From positions 210,001 through 242,000 of the forward strand of contig NC_000918.1 of assembly GCF_000008625.1 (NCBI RefSeq): a stretch of DNA of 32,000 bases. The letters are read 5' to 3'. A program made the translations under genes and the position numbers. Numbering within the stretch: the stretch's first letter is position 1; each line of letters starts with the position of its first letter. This stretch comes from Aquifex aeolicus VF5. Its GTDB lineage: Bacteria > Aquificota > Aquificia > Aquificales > Aquificaceae. Below the pieces are notes generated by a model, which did not search any database, had not been told where the DNA came from, and saw nothing but the letters and a program-made list of their open reading frames with translations. Below are positions 7,942-15,587 of the stretch, piece by piece.

Positions 7942-8716
7942 CCAATTCCTTGATTTCTAAAGATAAACAAACAAAACTGGGATTTCTCAAGTCTTCCTTG
8001 TTGTACCTCAAAGGTTCTCTGAGTTTTCCCTCTTCGTAAACGAAGAGTTCACAGCCCGCCTCTTTTGCTACGGCATGCCCCGCTCCCGTGTCCCACTCCA
8101 TAGTTGGGGCAATTCTCGGATATATATCCGCACTTCCTTCCGCAACCATACATATCTTTAGTGAACTGCCCTTTGAAAGGAACTGGAGTTTACCAAATTT
8201 CTTTTCTAAATTTTCGAGGAATTTCTTGGTTTCTTCGTTCATGTGGGAACGGGAAGCCACGACCCTGAGGTTTTCCCTACTCCAATTTCCAATGGGAAGT
8301 TTTTCCATTTTTCCCTTTACCTCTCTGTAAGCTCCGTTCCCTTTCTCGGCAAAGTAAAGCACTTCTAAGGCAGGTGCGTAAACTACTCCGAGAACAGGTT
8401 CTCCTTCCTCTACGAGGGCTACGTTTACGGTAAACTCTCCGTTCTTCTTTATAAACTCCTTCGTCCCGTCCAGTGGATCAACGAGCCAGAACCTTTTCCA
8501 TTTTCTTCTCTCTTTAAAAGGAATTTCCTTTCCCTCTTCCGAGAGTACAGGTATTCTAGTTTCCTTTAACTCTTCCGTTATTATTCTGTGAGCCCTTCTG
8601 TCCGCTTCCGTAACGGGAGTCCTGTCTTCCTTTTCTTCAACTGTGAACTCCTTTGAGTAAACTTCTAAAATTTCCTCACCTGCTTTTTTGCAGGCTTTAA
8701 TCACCTTTTCTAACAT
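7910..8716 (-). CDS. cysQ: 3'(2'),5'-bisphosphate nucleotidase / inositol monophosphatase family (CysQ-like)
   Basis: 268 aa; 'PVTEADRRAHRIITEEL', 'FWLVDPLDGTKEFIKKNGEFTVNVALVEEG', 'PRIAPTMEWDTGAGHAVAKEAG'. The 3' end of the ORF reads into the tRNA-Cys gene. Confidence 0.88.
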   Translation of the reverse strand: MLEKVIKACKKAGEEILEVYSKEFTVEEKEDRTPVTEADRRAHRIITEELKETRIPVLSEEGKEIPFKERRKWKRFWLVDPLDGTKEFIKKNGEFTVNVALVEEGEPVLGVVYAPALEVLYFAEKGNGAYREVKGKMEKLPIGNWSRENLRVVASRSHMNEETKKFLENLEKKFGKLQFLSKGSSLKICMVAEGSADIYPRIAPTMEWDTGAGHAVAKEAGCELFVYEEGKLREPLRYNKEDLRNPSFVCLSLEIKELVEATGGFEPP

Positions 8717-8719
8717 TCT

Positions 8720-9373
8720 TTACTCCTTTTCAAAAACCTGTATGTAAATGAGTCCTAAAAACTTTCTGCTGAAGTAAATCTCCTTAAAGCCGAAGCTTGT
8801 GAACATTGATCTCGTTTCCTCAGGAGAAAGGCTTTCCTTCAAACTCTTTATAAAGAACTCCCACTTATCCCTGCCGAAGAAGAGAAGACCTACAGGAAGG
8901 AGTAAAGTTTTCATTAAAAGAATCAGAACTCCTGTTCCTTTAAACCTCCCTATGTCTATAATTCCCACCCTAACTTTTTCTTTTCCGACTCTTTTTGCCT
9001 CCTCTAGGAACTTTTCCTTATTTTCAAGGTGTCTGAACACGAGAGAGAGGGAAACCCTATCAAAACTCTTGTCCTTGAAGGGCATATTCTCCGCATCCGC
9101 AAGTAAAAAGTAACAATCCCCGCACTTTTCCTTAGCTCTTCGGAGCATACCGAGGGCTAAATCTATCCCGACTTTGAGGTCAGAGTTTTTTAGTTTTAAA
9201 AGCACTTCCCCCGTTCCCGTTCCGACATCCAGCCAGTTTCCCTCCTCTCCCATCCTCTCTATTAATTCCTTCTGCCACCTGTGTATACCTCCGAAGGTTG
9301 CAAGACTCACGAAAAAGTCGTAAACCTTTGAAGCACCGGAAAATACTTTAGCCATTATTTCCTTTTCAGCCAT
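8720..9373 (-). CDS. UbiE/MenG-family class I SAM-dependent methyltransferase
   Basis: 217 aa; 'KVFSGASKVYDFFVSLATFGGIHRWQKELI', 'NWLDVGTGTGEVLLKL', 'LADAENMPFKDKSFDRVSLSLVFRHLENKEKFLEEAKRV'. Confidence 0.85.
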   Translation of the reverse strand: MAEKEIMAKVFSGASKVYDFFVSLATFGGIHRWQKELIERMGEEGNWLDVGTGTGEVLLKLKNSDLKVGIDLALGMLRRAKEKCGDCYFLLADAENMPFKDKSFDRVSLSLVFRHLENKEKFLEEAKRVGKEKVRVGIIDIGRFKGTGVLILLMKTLLLPVGLLFFGRDKWEFFIKSLKESLSPEETRSMFTSFGFKEIYFSRKFLGLIYIQVFEKE

Positions 9374-9401
9374 AGATGTATTATTCTAATTCTTTACGGA
9401 G

Positions 9402-12400
9402 ATGTTTACCTTTGCTTTGTGTCCACACGATACAGAAGAGAAAAAAGAATTTGAATACTGGGAGAATATAGCAAAGTCAATATCAGAAAAATTAAAAGAA
9501 GATGTAAAGATAATAACTTTTAAAGATTATGCGGAAGAAAAATTAAAACTACCTTCTGCGGATTACGATATTTACTATGCAAATCCGGTAAGCTCTTACT
9601 TTTTATACAAAAAAGGATATAAACCCCTTGCAAGATTAAAAGGGAAAAGGGACAGTTTTGTAATTATTGGATACGAAAATGTAAAAGACCATCAACTTAC
9701 TGTAACGACAACGTACATAGAAACCCATTTGCTTCCCGTTTTAGTTCTGGAGCATTTTGACTTTTTAAAAACCAACATATTTTTCGTTAAAACCCAAAAG
9801 GAAATATACGAAAGCGTAAAAAATAAAAAAGCAGACTTTGGAATAATGTTTGAAGATGCATACAATGAGATTGAAGACGAAGAAAAAGTACCCGTTATCG
9901 TAAAAATACCTTCAAACTTGAGACATACCTTAATGGTAAAACCCGAAATTTATAAAAAACTAAAAGAAGTTATAAAAGAGTTTGAAGAGTTTGAACTGAT
10001 TGATGATAAGGAATTTTTGGAAGGTATAACTGAAAATCTGCCAATATTGGCTTTTTTAAAAACAAAAGAGTTATTCGACGTATCAAAGGCTATTTACAAC
10101 GAGCCTTTTGTTGGGGTTTTAATTTACAGGGATAAAATTGTTTATGCAAATGAAACGATTCAAAAACTAACGGGATACACATTAGAAGAACTTCAAAATT
10201 TACCTTTTGAAGAATTAGTAGCAGAAGAACAAAGAGAAGAAATAAAAGAAGCAGTAAAAAGAAGATTAAGAGGTGAAATTTTTTCAAAAGGTTATGAAAA
10301 CTTAAAAATAAAAACAAAAGACGGAAAATATTTATATACACTTGCCTTTTCAACCACAATGCTTTATAAAAACTCATACGCGGGACTTGTTTTCTTCATA
10401 GATATAACAAAAGAGGTTTTATACCAGAAGCTTTATAAGGCATTGAGAAATGTAAACAGGGCAATAGCAACAGTTTTAACGGAAAAGGAACTTTACAAAA
10501 CAGTTTGTGAAACTCTCGTAAAAGAACTTGATATTAAATTTGCATGGATTGGTGTCCCCGATGAAAAAACGAAAACGTTTAAATCTATATATAAATGCGG
10601 TGAGGAACAGGATTATTTAAAGCATATAAAAATTTATGCAGGAGGAAGTCTTCCAGAGGCAAAAGGACCTACAGGAAGAGCGTACACTGAAGGGAAAATA
10701 GTAATAAACCCTTCAACGGAAGAAAACCCTCTAATGAAACCTTGGAAAGAAGAGATGTTAAAAAGGGGTTTCCTGTCTTCTGCAGCTATTCCTATAATGA
10801 AAAACGGAAAAGTTCATGCGGTATTAAATATATACGCTTCCATTCCTCATTACTTTGATGAGGATATAAGAACTCTTTTAAAGGAGTTAAAACAAGATTT
10901 AAGCTTTGCCCTTGAGAAAATTGAAAGTATTAAGGAATCAAATATCCTGAAAATTGCGATAGAAAACTCTAGAGAGTGGATATTGATAACGGACAAAGAC
11001 GGAAATATAGAGTACGTTAACGATTTCGTTTCAAAATTGACAGGTTATAAAAAAGAAGAACTGATAGGTAAAAAGCCGAGAATTTTTAAGTCTGGATATC
11101 ACCCGAAAGAATTCTATGAAAAACTCTGGAAAACTATCTTATCCGGAAAAAGAGTTTGAGGCTATATTCGCAAACAGAAAGAAAAACGGTGCAATTTTTT
11201 ACATAGAACAAAAAATTATCCCTGTAAAACTCCCGGACGGAGAAATAAAGTTTGTTGCTATAGGAAGGGATATAACTACGGAAATAATGCTTTTAGAGGA
11301 AAACGAAAGGTTGAGATACTACGATGTGTTAACGGATCTTTACAACTATAACGGATTTGCCTTGCAGGTTATAGATTACATTAAAAAAAAATCCCGATAA
11401 TTTATCCGCACTTATATTAATAGACATAGCTGACTTTTCCTACATCAACAAAGTTTACGGATACGATTTCGGAGATGAACTTATAAGAAAAATTGCAGAA
11501 ATATTAAAGAAGAATTTTAAAGAAAGTGATATAATAGGTAGAATTGAGGGAGACTTATTTGCAATATTTGCAAAAAATTTAAAGAAAAAGGAAAATGTAT
11601 TCTCCCTTATAGAAAGGCTTAAGGAAATTCTGGATAAAGATGTTGTCTTTGAAGTAAGGGGCAAAAAATTACATATAATCTTCCACGGAGGCGTGTCTAT
11701 TTATCCGGATGATGGAAAAACCTTTGAGGAACTACTTCAGAACGCCAGGATTGCTTTAAAAGAAGCCAAACAGGAAGGTTATAACGTAGTAAAAATATAC
11801 AATAAAGAACTGGAAAAAAGGCAGAATCTTTCATTTATATAGAAAATCTTCTAACGGAAGCGGTAAAGGAAAACCTATTCGTATTCCATTACCAGCCCAT
11901 CTTTGAAGCAAAAACGGGAAATTTGGCAGGATTTGAGGCACTGGTCAGGATAAAGAAGGAAAGATACATTACCCGAATGAGTTTATAAACTTTCTGGAAA
12001 ATTCCCATTACCTTGATTACTTCAGGGAATGGGCTTTAAAGGAAGTGACGGATAAAATAAAAAAGTGGAAAAAAAACCCATAAGCGTGAACGTAACCGCA
12101 AGGACGTTTAAAAATGAAAACTTCCCGAACGAGTTATTTAAATATGCAAAAGACATTCCTGCACCCCTGATTCTGGAAATAACGGAAAGGATTTACATGG
12201 ACGATGTAGAAACCTCAAGAAAGATTATAAAAAGGTTAAAAGAGAACAAAAATGTAAAAATAGCGATAGACGACTTCGGAACAGGTTACTCGTCCCTTTC
12301 TTACCTGAAGGACATAGATACGGACATCCTGAAAATAGATATGTCTTTTGTAAGAAGAATTGTGGAAGACGAAAAAATAAGGGCGATAGTAAAGGCAATA

Positions 12401-12556
12401 ATAACCCTTGCGAAAGACCTCAACCTCTCAACTCTGGCGGAAGGAGTTGAAACGAAAGAACAGTACGAAATCCTTAAAAGTATGGGAGTTGATTTAGTTC
12501 AGGGATTTTACTTCTCAAAACCCCTGCCTGAAAACGAAGCCCAGCTTTTGATATAA
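9402..12556 (+). pseudogene. Multidomain c-di-GMP signalling gene (PhnD-like, PAS, GAF, PAS, degenerate GGDEF, EAL) interrupted by five apparent frame changes
   Basis: ORF 9402..11159 is continuous for PhnD-like/PAS/GAF/PAS. Frame changes occur at ~11146-11150 (A5), 11383-11391 (A9), ~11814-11819 (A6), ~11952-11964 (A/G-rich) and 12069-12076 (A8). Stitched frames give '...LSGKEFEAIFANRKKNGAIFYIEQKIIPVKLPDGEIKFVAIGRDIT', 'KNPDNLSALILIDIADFSYINKVYG...GRIEGDLFAIF' and 'FHYQPIFEAKTGNLAGFEALVRI...PISVNVTARTF...LEITERIY...IDDFGTGYSSL...LKID...LAEGVET...QGFYFSKPL'. Confidence 0.85.
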
Positions 12557-12566
12557 GCTAATTTCT

Positions 12567-13340
12567 ATGAGTAAAGAAAAGTACTCCTTTGAAGACCTCA
12601 TAAAGGTTATGGAAGAGTTAAGGAAGAAGTGTCCGTGGGACAGGGAGCAGACCCACGAAAGCTTAAAGAAGTACTTAATAGAAGAAGCTTACGAGGTTCT
12701 GGACGCTATAGACAGCAAAGATGACGAGAAGTTAAAGGAGGAGCTTGGCGACCTCCTCCTTCAGGTAGTTTTCCACTCTCAGATAGCTAAGGAAAGGGGA
12801 GCTTTTGATATAAACGACGTTATAGATACTTTAGTTAAAAAGTTAATAGAGAGGCACCCTCACGTTTTTGGATGCGCAAACCCCGAAGACGTTCTGAAAA
12901 ACTGGGAAAAGAAGAAGATGGAAAAGAGGAAGAGTATATTCGAAGGAATACCGAAGCACCTTCCCGCCCTGATGCGTTCCCAGAAACTTCAGGACAGGAC
13001 TTCTCAGGTAGGCTTTGACTTTCAAGACATAAGTCAGGTATTTGAAAAGATTCAGGAGGAGATAAACGAACTCAAAGAGTCTTTAGAAAAAGGAGACAGA
13101 GAAAATATAAAACACGAGATAGGTGACATTCTTACCGCAGTTGTAGAACTCGCGAGGTTTGTAAACGTGGATGCGGAAGAAGCCCTGCAGGAAGCTAACG
13201 AGCGCTTCATAAGACGCTTTTCCTACATAGAGAAAAAGGCGAAGGAAGAAGGTAGAAAACTGGAAGATATGAGCCTTGAAGAAATGGATAAACTCTGGAT
13301 GGAAGCCAAAAAACTCGAGGAACAAGGAAAACTATCCTAA
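12567..13340 (+). CDS. mazG: Nucleoside triphosphate pyrophosphohydrolase MazG
   Basis: 257 aa; 'LRKKCPWDREQTHESLKKYLIEEAYEVLDAIDSKDDEKLKEELGDLLLQVVFHSQIA' and second-domain 'RTSQVGFDFQDISQVFEKIQEEINELKE...HEIGDILTAVVELARF'. Confidence 0.96.
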   Translation: MSKEKYSFEDLIKVMEELRKKCPWDREQTHESLKKYLIEEAYEVLDAIDSKDDEKLKEELGDLLLQVVFHSQIAKERGAFDINDVIDTLVKKLIERHPHVFGCANPEDVLKNWEKKKMEKRKSIFEGIPKHLPALMRSQKLQDRTSQVGFDFQDISQVFEKIQEEINELKESLEKGDRENIKHEIGDILTAVVELARFVNVDAEEALQEANERFIRRFSYIEKKAKEEGRKLEDMSLEEMDKLWMEAKKLEEQGKLS

Positions 13341-14231
13341 AGGTAAGAATTTTGAGAATTCCTTCAGCTTCTCGTACCCCACCACCTCTTCTTTTTGGTA
13401 GGGAATGGATATTTTTTCAATATCCATGAAGTAGTTTTCTATTTCCTTTAAAAACTTTTTTTCCACTTCTTTCCTCGCTTTTAAAAACTCATCCTGTGGA
13501 TTTTCTGGAAGAACCTTATTTATTATGAGAGCTTTTACCCTTATTCCGTAGTGTTTTAAGGAATTTACGAGTCTTTTCGTTTCCTCAAAGGGGAGTTTTT
13601 CGGGAGTAAGTACCGCAAAAAAGTAGGATTTATCGTAAATTATTTCAGAAAACTTTTTGAAACGCTCCTTTCTCTCTTTTAAGTATTCCAGTGCCTCTTC
13701 GTGGACGCTTTTTCCCGACAATTTCTTGAGTTCGTAAACTTTTTCCTTGAGTTTTACTATTTCTTCTAAGAAGTTCCCGAGATTTCTTACGGTTTTTAAA
13801 AGCCCGAGAGTGTGTCCCGTGGGAGCGGTATCCACGACTATGTAGTCGTACTCATTTTCTCTGTACACAACTTCCTTTGAAAGGGCTTCGAAAATAACCA
13901 CGTCCTCTATTCCCGGACTCTCTTCAAGGGAGTGTATAATTCCCTCAAGTTCTCTCAAGGTTTCCTTTCTCAGCGTAGCCTCTGCGAGTTTAAAAACCCT
14001 GCTTCTGTACTCCTTTAATTCCTCGTTCAGATCTATTTCTTTAACTGTCAGGTTTTCGCTCAGTTTCGTTTCTCCTTGAAGTTCTGTGTTAAAAACGTCA
14101 GAAAGGGAGTGGGCTGGATCTGTAGAAAGGAGTAAAACCTTTTTTCCCTGTTCTGATAGCTTTACCGCAAAAGCGGAAGAAGCGGTCGTTTTGCCTACTC
14201 CTCCCTTTCCTCCGAAGAAGAAAACCCTCAT
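13332..14231 (-). CDS. ArsA/Get3-family anion-transporting-like ATPase, single domain
   Basis: 299 aa; deviant Walker A 'FFGGKGGVGKTTASSAFAVKLSEQGKKVLLLSTDPAHSLSDVF', 'YDYIVVDTAPTGHTLGLL'. Confidence 0.9.
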   Translation of the reverse strand: MRVFFFGGKGGVGKTTASSAFAVKLSEQGKKVLLLSTDPAHSLSDVFNTELQGETKLSENLTVKEIDLNEELKEYRSRVFKLAEATLRKETLRELEGIIHSLEESPGIEDVVIFEALSKEVVYRENEYDYIVVDTAPTGHTLGLLKTVRNLGNFLEEIVKLKEKVYELKKLSGKSVHEEALEYLKERKERFKKFSEIIYDKSYFFAVLTPEKLPFEETKRLVNSLKHYGIRVKALIINKVLPENPQDEFLKARKEVEKKFLKEIENYFMDIEKISIPYQKEEVVGYEKLKEFSKFLPLG

Positions 14232-15160
14232 TTTTTAACTCTCTTAATTATGTAAGGGAGGTAATCCTTTATCCCTTCTTCTAAGGAATACTCAGGTTCG
14301 TATCCGAGGGCTTCCCTTATTTTTGTGAGGTCTGCTTCTGTGAATTTCTGATAAAAATCGTAAGGACAGTCAAAGTACTCAATTTCGTAATTCGTCCCGA
14401 GTTCTTTGTTGAGGATAGAAACGATTTCGTTGAAACTCCTTGCCCTTCCCGTACCCACGTTAAATATACCAGAGACGTTCTTTTCAAGGGCAAGAAGGTT
14501 TGCCTTAATTACGTCTTTTATGTAAACGAAGTCCCTCCTCTGTTCTCCCCATTTAAAGAGTCTCGGTCTTTCCCCTTTTATCATCTTCACCGCAAGCTGG
14601 TAAATCATACTCGCGGTTTTTCCTTTGTAGTCCTCCCTCGGACCGTAAACGTTGAAGTACCTCAACCCCACTATGTTCATCTCGGGATACCTTTCCATAT
14701 AGTCCATAGCTATGTGATCCATCATGAGTTTTGAAAACCCGTATATGTTTTCAGGTTCAAGTCCCTTGTCTTCCCTCATGGGAGGCGGAGAGTTCCCATA
14801 GACCCCTGCGGAGGAGGCGTATATGACTTTTGCATTCCACTCAACCGCAAGGTCCAGAATGTACCTGAAAGAATCCGCATTCGTTTTCATCATAAAGTAT
14901 TGATCTTCCACCGTTGTGTCCGTTATAGCCGCTTCGTGAAATATCACGTCAAAGTGGAAGTTTTTCCTTACGTAATCCCATAAAGAAGGATCTGAAATAT
15001 CTCCCGTAATAACCTGCCCTTTAAATCCGATTAAGTTCTTAAAATGCCCGGAAGAAAAGTTATCAAGCACGTAAATCTTCGCTTCGGGATACCTTTCTTG
15101 AAGCGCAAAAGCTAAATTTGAACCGATAAAACCCGCACCGCCTGTGATTAGGAATTTCAT
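14228..15160 (-). CDS. hldD: NAD-dependent epimerase, ADP-L-glycero-D-manno-heptose-6-epimerase-like
   Basis: 310 aa; 'ITGGAGFIGSNLAFALQERYPEAKIYVLDNFSSG', 'YASSAGVYG', 'YGFSKLMMD', 'LRYFNVYGPREDYKGKTASMIYQLAVKMIKGERPRLFKWGEQRRDFVYIKDVIKANLLAL'. Confidence 0.88.
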   Translation of the reverse strand: MKFLITGGAGFIGSNLAFALQERYPEAKIYVLDNFSSGHFKNLIGFKGQVITGDISDPSLWDYVRKNFHFDVIFHEAAITDTTVEDQYFMMKTNADSFRYILDLAVEWNAKVIYASSAGVYGNSPPPMREDKGLEPENIYGFSKLMMDHIAMDYMERYPEMNIVGLRYFNVYGPREDYKGKTASMIYQLAVKMIKGERPRLFKWGEQRRDFVYIKDVIKANLLALEKNVSGIFNVGTGRARSFNEIVSILNKELGTNYEIEYFDCPYDFYQKFTEADLTKIREALGYEPEYSLEEGIKDYLPYIIKRVKK

Positions 15161-15169
15161 AATTATATT

Positions 15170-15439
15170 ATGCAGTTCCTGAAAGGTGATAAGGCTTTTA
15201 ACTTCTTGCTTGGGCTTATATACGGATACAGAACCGCGGACGTGGATATGAAGATAAGACCACTTGAGGAATTCAAAGAGGAAGAGTATTCCGATTTCAC
15301 CATTTACTACATAGATAGAAAAAGCGGAGAAGTGAAAAAGGGAGAAAAACTTTCAGAATACACTCACGTGGTTGTACTGAAAGAGGACCACGAAAATAAA
15401 AAGGTCAGAATTGTTATATTCAAGAGGTTGAAAAACTAA
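15170..15439 (+). CDS. Small hypothetical protein, 89 aa
   Basis: Open frame between divergent/convergent neighbours with a plausible coding composition; no family recognised. Confidence 0.5.
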   Translation: MQFLKGDKAFNFLLGLIYGYRTADVDMKIRPLEEFKEEEYSDFTIYYIDRKSGEVKKGEKLSEYTHVVVLKEDHENKKVRIVIFKRLKN

Positions 15440-15587
15440 AGTTTTAAAATATCAGTAATATCCAGCTGGCCCGTTTTTCCCGAAGGATAAAACCTACTAA
15501 AGAAGCTACTGTCGTATAAGCATATTCTTAATTCTTTATAAGTAAATTGAATTGCACTTTCATTGAAGGGCCTTTAACTTAAACTGA

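Noticed and set aside
7764-7970. 68-aa minus-strand ORF 'MFIFRNQGIGGGDGRIRTAVKGICSPPPNRSATSPFYMERATGLEPATCCMASSRSTTELRPLYKVLL'
   Set aside because: This is the reverse complement of the tRNA-Gly and tRNA-Cys genes ('ERATGLEPATCC...STTELRP' is a familiar spurious tRNA-antisense translation).
11455-11664. Minus-strand ORF 'MPLTSKTTSLSRISLSLSIREN...'
   Set aside because: It is antisense to the restored GGDEF segment and Ser-rich; the plus-strand frame gives a real domain.
9402-12556. Interpreting the five frame changes as several separate small genes
   Set aside because: Each fragment starts mid-domain and abuts the next exactly at the junction; together they form one ordered PAS-GAF-PAS-GGDEF-EAL protein, so separate genes are less plausible than one disrupted gene.
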